A stretch of DNA of 64,000 nucleotides. It comes from Candidatus Micrarchaeota archaeon (GTDB lineage: Archaea > Micrarchaeota > Micrarchaeia > Micrarchaeales > Micrarchaeaceae). The position numbers and the translations under genes are program-made. A model generated the notes under the pieces. The model saw only the letters and a list, made by a program, of their open reading frames with translations. It was not told the origin of the DNA and made no database searches. How positions within the stretch are numbered: position 1 is the first letter of the stretch; the number at the start of each line of letters is the position of its first letter. Of the stretch, positions 28,620 through 36,846 are shown in pieces. The stretch is taken from assembly GCA_021845575.1 (NCBI GenBank), contig JAJZVQ010000001.1, positions 22,172-86,171 of the forward strand. The letters run 5' to 3'.

Positions 28620-28715
28620 TGCAGGGAAGGAGATTTGTTCTATTTTTGAACTCCTGTAGACCTAAGTCAACGGATCTTGAGTCCGTCGCGTTTGACCTGG
28701 CTCCGCCATCCCTGC
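28620..28715 (-). tRNA. tRNA-Leu(CAA) with an 11-nt insertion in the T-loop
   Basis: Reverse complement reads GCAGGGA-TG-GCG..CGC-G-ACGGA-CTCAAGA-TCCGT, long variable arm TGACTTAGGTCTAC, T stem AGGAG/CTCCT enclosing 18 nt (TTCAAAAATAGAACAAAT) instead of 7, then acceptor TCCCTGC-A. Confidence 0.8.
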
Positions 28716-28827
28716 ACTTTCATTATTTTGTTTATTAACATAAATAAACTTTTCCTTGTTAATACCAATTAACATTACATCTAAACAAGGAAATATATAT
28801 ACCTTGCGTTTATACTGCTCTAATCTT

Positions 28828-29064
28828 TCAGATTTTAGAGATTATAACACTGTTTTTGTCTTTGTTATATTTGTCGATTGCAATAGTGTTACCCATTCTA
28901 TCTTCATTCCCGAAATGGCATCTTGCACATGACAAATGCTTGGTAACAGGCAATTTTTTGCCTGTCCCTTTCGTAGATATCACAATCTTTGCTTCGTTTT
29001 GTCTCAAATCTCTCTTGCAGAAATAACATCTGCATCTAACTCTTTCTAACCCTATCTTTTTCAT
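28828..29064 (-). CDS. small Zn-ribbon protein (hypothetical)
   Basis: 78 aa with CRCYFC near the N-terminus and CARC about 30 residues later. Lys-rich. Confidence 0.4.
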   Translation of the reverse strand: MKKIGLERVRCRCYFCKRDLRQNEAKIVISTKGTGKKLPVTKHLSCARCHFGNEDRMGNTIAIDKYNKDKNSVIISKI

Positions 29065-29591
29065 ATTCTCATCTTTACAGTCCCAACCCGGAGCTTTGCT
29101 TTAGTACCAATAATAATGGCACAAAAAATGAATTATGACTTTTTAGAATTTTATTTATTCAGATATATATACCTTACTTATTTATGTTTTATAAAGAATA
29201 GCGGAATTGCAGAATTTACGGGTTAAATTCCATTTTTTACAAATGATATAGTTTTTATATTTTTGGATGCACATTCCCTTTTTTTAACCTTTTGTTACAG
29301 AAAGCCCCTTAGGGTTCTGCAATGAATCAAATTGCTCATAATGGTTGTCATAAATTATTATTTACTATTATGTTTCCGTCGAATTTATCGAAACTAATAT
29401 ATATTCTTTCGTTTAATATATAATATACTTTTATTTTTTGCATATTTTCCTGTGTGACATGGCATTTTATGTCTGGGAGGGGTTTTGCAGGTCACTGAAA
29501 ATCCTGCAACAGGAGAAATTTTTTGCTTAAAATTAATGGCATGCGGGATTTACACCTGCACCAATATTAACATCAGCAAAAGGTGATATGA

Positions 29592-29930
29592 ATGGAAAGT
29601 TTCAGAAACAAGACAGCCGACAGAAAGCTTCTTCTTGCGGTTTTAAGGAGGGACTGCGATGATGTAGTTAATGCATTGAAAGATGGTGCATACCTATATT
29701 CAAGATACAGAAACAACGACACTATACTTCACATGGCCGTAAAGAAGTGTGATATCAATACGATAAAGTTGATAAATGCTCATGGAGACTTGCGTCATCT
29801 AAAAAACAATTGCGGCAGGACACCATATCAGGAGTCCATACATCTAGATCATAAAAAGAATGACGCCAAAGTTATTAGTGAAATAGAAAAATTGGTATTT
29901 TACAAATCCATTAGGGTAAACAACGGATAA
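29592..29930 (+). CDS. ankyrin-repeat protein
   Basis: NDTILHMAVKKCDINTIKLINAHGDLRHLKNNCGRTPYQESI fits the ANK consensus (TxLHxA..g....vkxLi..Gad.....) for about 1.5-2 repeats. Confidence 0.55.
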   Translation: MESFRNKTADRKLLLAVLRRDCDDVVNALKDGAYLYSRYRNNDTILHMAVKKCDINTIKLINAHGDLRHLKNNCGRTPYQESIHLDHKKNDAKVISEIEKLVFYKSIRVNNG

Positions 29931-30092
29931 ATGTACCTATTGGTAAAAGCAGGCCCGGATGTCAAATTTTGTAAAAATCCTTTTCAAAATAATTTCTTGG
30001 AAGTTACTCAACGCTAATGTAAATGAACAACGCAGAATTCCTTGGCAGGATTAGGTAAAAATTTATAAAATAAGATTAAAAAAACTGAAAAA

Positions 30093-30233
30093 TTATATCC
30101 TTAATTGTTCTTTTAATCTTTTCTTATCTTCTTCTGATACTTCCCACTTGCTGGTTCTTATGATATACTCATAAAGATTTACCCTATTCTGCCTTTGCTT
30201 TTCTTCTATCTCTTTTCTCAATTTCTCATCCAT
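30093..30233 (-). CDS. possible 46-aa charged coiled-coil micro-protein
   Basis: MDEKLRKEIEEKQRQNRVNLYEYIIRTSKWEVSEEDKKRLKEQLRI. It is the only ATG-initiated ORF over 40 codons in a 375-bp spacer, with no other support. Confidence 0.2.
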   Translation of the reverse strand: MDEKLRKEIEEKQRQNRVNLYEYIIRTSKWEVSEEDKKRLKEQLRI

Positions 30234-30315
30234 ATAATCACAAATAATAATATTATCTTATAAAATATTTATATGTTATCCTCGCCTTATAACAATTATA
30301 ATTTAGTTGAGTCAT

Positions 30316-31347
30316 ATGCACAAAAAAGTATTAACGGCTATTCTTGTATTTGCAGTTGTGATACTTATTGTTGCAATTTATTTAGAATACACAACCCCAT
30401 CGGCGCATACCTTTAATGCTAATAACATGAGTAGAGGAAAGATAATAGGAGTTAACGGGGAAATAATGAATTATAGCACAAGTAAGAAAATAGAAAGTTA
30501 TGGGATTGTTTGGATACGTTACGACGTTAAACTAACGCCGCAATTCGATGCTTATATAACAAATCTTACCCAAGATAAATTTCAGATATTGGGCATACTT
30601 GATTATGAAACGCTGGGAGTCGGAATAAATGCGAGCGGCTGCATTAAAAATTGCAATTGGTCTCTTAACGAATGGAATGATAGCGTTCTCGCCGCTGTCA
30701 AAATGTACCCTATGATTCATACTTGGGAGATATGGAACGAACCGCAATTACAGAGATTTCAATCCGGATTCAATAACGGGAGCGTATACAATTATTTTCT
30801 GATGCTCAAATCAGCATATTCTATAATAAAAACACAAAACTCCTCAAATACTGTATTATGTCTAGGCGGGGACAACATATTCGAAGGAAATTATACCTAT
30901 TACGATTATTATTGGGCGAAACAACTCTGGAGTTATGGTGCATCCAATTATTGCGACGGCATATCATTACACGCATATAGCGGCTTTACCCTATTGCTTA
31001 ATCAAACAATTCCTTCAACAAATGTTACGATGGGAGAGTTGTTCAATTACTCCCTGCAGGATTATGAAAACCTGACCAAAAAACCAATCTGGATAACCGA
31101 AACAGGAATACCTTCCGGTATGAATTCAAGTTATCCGAATTATTTTGGTGCATCACAGAAAAAACAGGAGATATTCCTAAACCAGAGTTTCAATTCTTTC
31201 CTTTCAAAACCATATGTCAAGGGAATTTTTTGGTTCAACCTTTACGGCAATGTAGACGAGCCATATGACTTAAATTTTGGTTTATTTGATCAAAACCTTA
31301 CGCCAAAACCCGCATGGAGTGCTTTTAACAAATTTTTAAATACCTGA
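30316..31347 (+). CDS. secreted/anchored glycoside hydrolase, clan GH-A (TIM barrel)
   Basis: N-terminal TM VLTAILVFAVVILIVAIYL. WEIWNEPQ supplies the acid/base Glu in the NEP motif and IWITETG the nucleophile Glu, about 120 residues later. Confidence 0.65.
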   Translation: MHKKVLTAILVFAVVILIVAIYLEYTTPSAHTFNANNMSRGKIIGVNGEIMNYSTSKKIESYGIVWIRYDVKLTPQFDAYITNLTQDKFQILGILDYETLGVGINASGCIKNCNWSLNEWNDSVLAAVKMYPMIHTWEIWNEPQLQRFQSGFNNGSVYNYFLMLKSAYSIIKTQNSSNTVLCLGGDNIFEGNYTYYDYYWAKQLWSYGASNYCDGISLHAYSGFTLLLNQTIPSTNVTMGELFNYSLQDYENLTKKPIWITETGIPSGMNSSYPNYFGASQKKQEIFLNQSFNSFLSKPYVKGIFWFNLYGNVDEPYDLNFGLFDQNLTPKPAWSAFNKFLNT

Positions 31348-31407
31348 TATAAAAATATATTTGTAGATATATATTGTGAAAATATAAATAATTAAAATGG
31401 TTTTCAA

Positions 31408-32016
31408 TTGTTCATATCGTTTGAGGGGATTGATGGTTGCGGAAAAACCACACAGGCAAAGTTATTGTATAATAAATTGAAACAGAATAAAGAACAGGTT
31501 GTACTGACAAGCGAGCCTGCCAAAAACGAGATTGGTTTGTTTATAAGGAATCTAATTAAAAATCCTGCGCAAAAATACGACCCATTGACATTGCAGCTGT
31601 TGTTCATGAGTGACAGGGCATATCATGTCAATAAATTCATAAATCCGAGGTTAAAAAAAAGGTATACCATAATAACCGATAGATATTTGCTTTCAACTAT
31701 TGCATATGGTTCTGCTTTCGGTATAGATAGAAATTGGTTATACAAAATGAATTTGGTATTCCCGTATCCTGATCTTAATTTTATAATCGATGTAGAACCT
31801 AAGGAAGCAATAAAAAGAATACAGAAAAAGAAAAGCGGCGATTATTTTGAAAAGTTAAAATTCATGGTAAAAATCAGACAAAGTTATAAAAATTTACCAA
31901 AAAGATATAAAAATTGCTTTATAATAAATGGTAACAAAAGCATAGAAGAGACAAGCAAGGAAGTAATGGATGTATTAAGGAAACATATCAAATCCAAATA
32001 CGCTCCTATCGTCTAG
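31408..32016 (+). CDS. tmk: thymidylate kinase
   Basis: FISFEGIDGCGKTTQ P-loop, DRY motif (ITDRYLLST), lid region. TTG start. The last 15 nt overlap tRNA-Glu(UUC). Confidence 0.8.
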   Translation: MFISFEGIDGCGKTTQAKLLYNKLKQNKEQVVLTSEPAKNEIGLFIRNLIKNPAQKYDPLTLQLLFMSDRAYHVNKFINPRLKKRYTIITDRYLLSTIAYGSAFGIDRNWLYKMNLVFPYPDLNFIIDVEPKEAIKRIQKKKSGDYFEKLKFMVKIRQSYKNLPKRYKNCFIINGNKSIEETSKEVMDVLRKHIKSKYAPIV

Positions 32017-32076
32017 TCCGGCCAAGGACACGGGGCTTTCAACCCCGTAACTCGGGTTCAAATCCCGATGGGAGCA
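32002..32076 (+). tRNA. tRNA-Glu(UUC)
   Basis: GCTCCTA/TGGGAGC acceptor, anticodon arm CGGGG-CTTTCAA-CCCCG, T arm TCGGG-TTCAAAT-CCCGA. Confidence 0.9.
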
Positions 32077-32080
32077 AAAG

Positions 32081-32968
32081 GTGTTTATTATAAGAGTTGG
32101 TTCAAAGCTTACACTGAAACCAGTAGGTCCATTTGATTTACGGTTATCGTTGAGGGTTATGGCTAATTTCTCGCCAGAACCAACAATCGAAACAGATGTG
32201 TTACGGGAAGCTGTTCGCATAGATGGTAAACCATGCATCCTAGAAGCTAGACAAATAAAGAAGACACCAGCTACAATAGAGGTATCAAGTAGTTCAGGTA
32301 ACACTACTAAAACTAGAGAACTCGCCGAATGGATGCTTTTTATCGATTTGAATTTACTGCCATTCTATCATATGGCAAAAGGCCACAAGATACTAGGCCT
32401 TATAGCTAAGGAGTTATATGGTGTAAGGGCTTTGCGAACAGCTTCCTTATTTGAGATGATGGTCATAGCGATAACGGAGCAGCAGATATCCCTAACCGCT
32501 GCGTACAGAATAAGGGACAGGGTGGTCCAGCGTTTCGGCGAAAAGATTGACGGGTTATCTGTTTTCCCTACCACAGAGTCCCTGTCAAAAGCATCCGAAA
32601 GGGAACTTAGATCTTGCGGCTTGTCCAAACGGAAAGCAGAATACATTAGGGGCACAGCACAGCAAGTGTCAGACGGATCGCTTGATGTTGATAAGCTTGC
32701 AACGCTTTCAGATGACGATTTTAGGGAAACACTTATTAAGATTCGGGGCTTCGGACCATGGTCTGCAAATTACATACTTGTAAGAGGACTGGGGCGTGTA
32801 GACTGCGTACCCACGGATGACCTTGCAGTGCGCAGCATTGTCGGCAAGTATCTTGGCGATGGTAAGAGGATGTCGGAAGCACAGGTCTTAAATGCCATAG
32901 AGCCATTTGCGCCATTCCGCGGTCTTGCCGTCTTCTACCTCTTGGCGCATGACAGGCTATCAATATGA
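32081..32968 (+). CDS. HhH-GPD DNA glycosylase, AlkA-like (3-methyladenine DNA glycosylase II)
   Basis: IRGFGPWSANYILVRGLGRVDCVPTDDLAVRS (HhH plus Gly/Pro loop plus catalytic Asp). N-terminal AlkA-like domain. GTG start 5 nt after the tRNA. Confidence 0.75.
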   Translation: MFIIRVGSKLTLKPVGPFDLRLSLRVMANFSPEPTIETDVLREAVRIDGKPCILEARQIKKTPATIEVSSSSGNTTKTRELAEWMLFIDLNLLPFYHMAKGHKILGLIAKELYGVRALRTASLFEMMVIAITEQQISLTAAYRIRDRVVQRFGEKIDGLSVFPTTESLSKASERELRSCGLSKRKAEYIRGTAQQVSDGSLDVDKLATLSDDDFRETLIKIRGFGPWSANYILVRGLGRVDCVPTDDLAVRSIVGKYLGDGKRMSEAQVLNAIEPFAPFRGLAVFYLLAHDRLSI

Positions 32969-33066
32969 GCATTAAACTGGATTGCTATTTCCCGATGGGA
33001 GCAGATAATCTTTTTCTGGTATTTAAGCGTTTGTGGGGTTTGTTCAAATTTATTCATTATCACGAA

Positions 33067-33124
33067 TATTATCAGCCGACTCTTTTCATCATATTTCAGA
33101 AATACCTCGGTTCATCATCTAATA
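33067..33124 (-). ncRNA. box C/D sRNA (2'-O-methylation guide)
   Basis: Minus strand reads UAUUA-G-AUGAUGA(C)-ACCGAGGUAUUU-CUGA(D')-AAU-AUGAUGA(C')-AAAGAGUCGG-CUGA(D)-UAAUA. All four boxes match consensus, guides are 12 and 10 nt, and there is a 5-bp terminal stem. Confidence 0.75.
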
Positions 33125-33142
33125 CCCGCAAAGTAGAAATAA

Positions 33143-34003
33143 TTACGTTACAAGGAAATAAATTGCAAATATCAATATTAAAGAAAATGCGAGTTTTTTC
33201 TTTATGTCATTTTCCTTGAATATTATGCCCCCGATAAATACCGTAACCACAACATTCAATGCATTTCTCATTGGAGATACAATGCTCACGTATTCCGCCG
33301 CGATTGCAAGGTAATAAGTCAGCCTGTAAACAACTACCATTAGCGCCATAAATAGCATGTAAAATTTGTAGGTTTTTATATTACTGTATATCTCTTTTAT
33401 CCCTCCATAATGGAAGTGCATGTATAATGAAAGATTCAATGCAAGAAATACACTTATCAGGATGAAAAATGTAAACGGATTGACAGTATAAAGCACATAT
33501 TTTGCCAATATGGCGCCTATACTCATAAATAGAATCGCAATTATTAAGAAATATACATACTTTTTGCCCCCTAAAAATTTTCCGTCGGTTTTTCCTACGG
33601 CCACTATCAAATATACCATAACCAAAAGCACTGCTATGCTGATATACTGTATAATCCCTAATTGCTCTCCGAGAAACATAAAAGCGAAAAGCACAACAAG
33701 GAATTGGGGGATTGAACTCAATAAAGGGGATGTAACGCTTATGTTTCCGTGCTTGTAACTTCTTGCCACCATTATGTTGGATATCGTGCTGATGAGACTA
33801 ATCAGGTATATTAACGCAAGTTCATAAATCGAAATATCAAAGTTTGCCAAAGGTATAAACAATAATGACAATAATGCAATGATTACGGATATGCTTGAAA
33901 TAAACGCCGAGGCATGCGAGGATTTGAGCAACATCTTTTCGAAAATAGTGTAGAAGCCCATAAGTAGGGCTGATATCAAAACTAAAAGGTACCACTCTAT
34001 CAT
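33143..34003 (-). CDS. EamA/DMT-family transporter
   Basis: 286 aa, 10 predicted TM helices in a 5+5 arrangement. Confidence 0.75.
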   Translation of the reverse strand: MIEWYLLVLISALLMGFYTIFEKMLLKSSHASAFISSISVIIALLSLLFIPLANFDISIYELALIYLISLISTISNIMVARSYKHGNISVTSPLLSSIPQFLVVLFAFMFLGEQLGIIQYISIAVLLVMVYLIVAVGKTDGKFLGGKKYVYFLIIAILFMSIGAILAKYVLYTVNPFTFFILISVFLALNLSLYMHFHYGGIKEIYSNIKTYKFYMLFMALMVVVYRLTYYLAIAAEYVSIVSPMRNALNVVVTVFIGGIIFKENDIKKKLAFSLILIFAIYFLVT

Positions 34004-34014
34004 TTTATCCGTAC

Positions 34015-34419
34015 CTAGCTGCTACTATTTTTAATGCTTGCGAGTGTACCTTTCAGATTTTCGTATATTTCCGATGTATAATTTACCGACGTAACCGAAA
34101 TATTTTTTAAACTGTTTATTTTATTCCATATACGCGCCAAATTATCTTGAAGTGCTGTCGTATTTTTACTGCTATTTTTTATCCCGTCGATTACAGAGTT
34201 GTTATTGCTTGAGTTAATAGACCAGTTTATAAATGCGCCTTTTGTCATGTTTTTAGTGTCATTGTAAAAATTTAGAATCTGGTTGCTGCTGGGCAGGGTG
34301 GTATTAATGTTCGTTATCTTGTTTTCGGTATATTTTCTAAATGAGATATTGGTTGCTATTAAATAAATGAAAACTGCCACTACAATAAGACTTATAACCA
34401 ATTTTATTTTTCCTCCCAT
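34015..34419 (-). CDS. N-terminally anchored extracellular protein (hypothetical)
   Basis: The helix KIKLVISLIVVAVFIYLIAT is followed by an Asn/Ser-rich, sequon-rich domain. Confidence 0.4.
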   Translation of the reverse strand: MGGKIKLVISLIVVAVFIYLIATNISFRKYTENKITNINTTLPSSNQILNFYNDTKNMTKGAFINWSINSSNNNSVIDGIKNSSKNTTALQDNLARIWNKINSLKNISVTSVNYTSEIYENLKGTLASIKNSSS

Positions 34420-34460
34420 GTATTCACGTTTGCAGTATTAAGATAAGGAATTTCGCTTCC

Positions 34461-34533
34461 TAGTCCCGACCGGATTCGAACCGATGTATCAGGGTCCAAA
34501 GCCCTGAGTCCTTGGCCACTAGACGACGGGACT
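34461..34533 (-). tRNA. tRNA-Gln(UUG)
   Basis: Reverse complement reads AGTCCCG..AGGGC-TTTGGAC-CCTGA (loop CUUUGGA)..ATCGG-TTCGAAT-CCGGT-CGGGACT-A. Confidence 0.9.
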
Positions 34534-34747
34534 GCTGTGCATCGTCATAAATCCATATTTTGATATGAAGATTTGTTAACATTAGTTATTTGGCATATAA
34601 TATTTATATAAGTTACATATTTTATAATTAAAAAACAGAAAATGAAATAAATTACACGGATAAGTAAACATACATTTTAATATTTATATTATTAATTTGT
34701 TATAGGCGATATTTAATAATATATCCAATAATTAATCAGGTAAAAAT

Positions 34748-36670
34748 ATGGAATTCAAAACCACTGAAGATCTAAAAGTTCCAGAAAAACTAATAGATCA
34801 GGTAATCGGCCAGAAAAAAGCGGTCGAGATAGTGAAGAAAGCCGCAAAGCAGAGAAGAAATGTGTTTCTTGTCGGTGAACCAGGCATAGGCAAAACCATG
34901 CTTGCACAGGCTATGGCAGAGCTGCTTCCGGTAACTGAGCTTGAGGACATTCTTGTATATAAGAATCAGAACGACGAGAATATGCCCCTTATCAAATCTG
35001 TGAAGACATATCCAAATGGTAAAAAAGACAAAAATATTGAAGGGCAGGGCAGGATAATACTCCAAAATGAAAAAGCAAGGTCAAAAATGAATATAAGCAA
35101 GACAGGCTCCATAATTACGCCGATAGTTATCGCCCTTGTAATAATAATATTGGGCTTGTCATTCAGCGGGATATTCAGTAATTACGAGATAGTGGTATTG
35201 GCTTCGTTGCTATTGGGAATAATGATATTTGGTTCTATGGCATTGTTCATCACTGGATTTACTAGAAGGGTAGGGCTTCCAGGGATGGCGGAGTATTCAG
35301 AGCCAAAATTGATAGTTGATAATACTGGAATGGATCATGCGCCATTTATAGATGCAACAGGAGCGAAGGCAGGTGCGTTGTTCGGGGATGTAAGGCATGA
35401 TCCTCTGCAGTCAGGCGGATTAGGAACGCCTGCCCATCTAAGAGTTGAAGGAGGGGCGGTGCATAAAGCAAACAACGGTGTTTTGTATATCGATGAAATC
35501 TCCAGCCTTGAGCCTAGATCCCAGCAGGAACTGCTTACTGCAATGCAGGAGAAAAAATATCCGATAACCGGAAAAAGCGAAATGAGTTCAGGTGCTATGG
35601 TTAAAACCGAACCGGTACCGTGTGATTTTATACTCGTTGCTGCGGGGAACCTGATGGATATCCGCGGAATGCACCCTGCGCTGCGTTCAAGAATAAGGGG
35701 ATACGGATATGAGGTATTCATGGAATCCACGATGGAAGACAACAACCACAATAGGGATTTATTGATCCAATTCATAGCTCAAGAGATAAAAAAAGACAGA
35801 AAGATACCTCCATTTAACAAAGAAGCGGTAGACGAGATAATCGAAGAGGCAAGAAGGAGGTCTGGAAGAAAGAAGAGGTTAACGCTCGCGTTAAGGGATC
35901 TTGGCGGGCTCATAAGGGCGGCAGGTGATCTTGCAGTGGAAAAAAACAAGAAGGTAGTAGGAAAGGAAGAAGTAATAACAGCGAGGTCGCTTGCTAATTC
36001 AATAGAAATACAAGTCGTTTCGCAGGAAATAGATTACATCAAAGATTACAAGGTATTCGAGATTAAAGGATATAAAATAGGAAAGGTAAACGGTCTTGCG
36101 GTAATGGGTTCTTCTGCAATGTCCGCAGGTATCATAATACCGATTGTCGCCGAAGTCACTCCCGCAGGCTCTAGATCCGAAGGCAAGTTTATCCCTACCG
36201 GAAAATTGGGCAAAATAGCAAATGAAGCGGTAAAGAACGTTAGTGCCATAATAAAGAAGCACATGGGCAAGGATATTGCGAATTATGACATGCATGTGCA
36301 GTTCCTGCAGACATATTCCGGAGTGGAAGGAGACAGTGCAAGCATATCTGTTGCGATAAGCATAATTTCGGCTATGGAAAACATACCTGTAGACCAGTCC
36401 GTGGCAATGACAGGATCATTATCCGTAAGGGGAGAGGTGCTTCCTGTCGGAGGAGTAACCAGCAAAGTAGAGGCCGCGATAAATTCAGGAATTAAGACAG
36501 TAATAGTTCCGGCAAGCAATAAAGAAGATATTTATTTGAGTAAAGACAATTCAAACAAGATAAAAATAATTCCCGTAAAGACGCTTAGCGAGGTAATAAA
36601 ATATTCGATGAAGCAAAGTGCGAAACGCGATTCGATAATAACTGAATTGAATAAGCACATAAAAGGATAA
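34748..36670 (+). CDS. lonB: archaeal membrane-bound Lon protease (LonB)
   Basis: Walker [12 protein letters not shown], two TM helices inserted in the AAA+ module ([16 protein letters not shown].., [15 protein letters not shown]..), Walker B LYIDEI, protease Ser in [10 protein letters not shown]. Confidence 0.9.
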   Translation: MEFKTTEDLKVPEKLIDQVIGQKKAVEIVKKAAKQRRNVFLVGEPGIGKTMLAQAMAELLPVTELEDILVYKNQNDENMPLIKSVKTYPNGKKDKNIEGQGRIILQNEKARSKMNISKTGSIITPIVIALVIIILGLSFSGIFSNYEIVVLASLLLGIMIFGSMALFITGFTRRVGLPGMAEYSEPKLIVDNTGMDHAPFIDATGAKAGALFGDVRHDPLQSGGLGTPAHLRVEGGAVHKANNGVLYIDEISSLEPRSQQELLTAMQEKKYPITGKSEMSSGAMVKTEPVPCDFILVAAGNLMDIRGMHPALRSRIRGYGYEVFMESTMEDNNHNRDLLIQFIAQEIKKDRKIPPFNKEAVDEIIEEARRRSGRKKRLTLALRDLGGLIRAAGDLAVEKNKKVVGKEEVITARSLANSIEIQVVSQEIDYIKDYKVFEIKGYKIGKVNGLAVMGSSAMSAGIIIPIVAEVTPAGSRSEGKFIPTGKLGKIANEAVKNVSAIIKKHMGKDIANYDMHVQFLQTYSGVEGDSASISVAISIISAMENIPVDQSVAMTGSLSVRGEVLPVGGVTSKVEAAINSGIKTVIVPASNKEDIYLSKDNSNKIKIIPVKTLSEVIKYSMKQSAKRDSIITELNKHIKG

Positions 36671-36702
36671 AAACATAAAAGGTAAAATATTAATGTGATT
36701 GA

Positions 36703-36819
36703 ATGGCAAAGAAAAATGTAACTAAAAAAGAAGTCAAAAACGAATCTGCAGAAGTTAAAAAAGAAAATTCCGAAAAAGATGCAAAAAAGAAAAAATGCGG
36801 ATGCGGCTGTTCTTGTTGA
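36703..36819 (+). CDS. 38-aa Lys-rich micro-protein with C-terminal CGCGCSC
   Basis: MAKKNVTKKEVKNESAEVKKENSEKDAKKKKCGCGCSC, followed by TGATAA. It fills the lonB-top6A spacer on the same strand as both. Confidence 0.3.
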   Translation: MAKKNVTKKEVKNESAEVKKENSEKDAKKKKCGCGCSC

Positions 36820-36846
36820 TAATCCTTATCAACATGCACCTCTTTA

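Noticed and set aside
29487-29507. Anticodon-arm-like hairpin GCAGG-TCACTGAAAAT-CCTGC in the 527-bp spacer (split tRNA half?)
   Set aside because: The loop is 11 nt rather than 7. No acceptor, D or T arm elements can be found nearby on either strand.
28596-31407. Integrated element using tRNA-Leu as an att site
   Set aside because: There is no integrase, no duplicated tRNA fragment and no viral or plasmid genes. It is kept only as a compositional/synteny hypothesis (accessory islet).
32965-33219. 84-codon plus-strand ORF in the alkA-EamA spacer
   Set aside because: It is non-protein-like, overlaps the EamA 3' end, and covers the opposite strand of a perfect box C/D sRNA.
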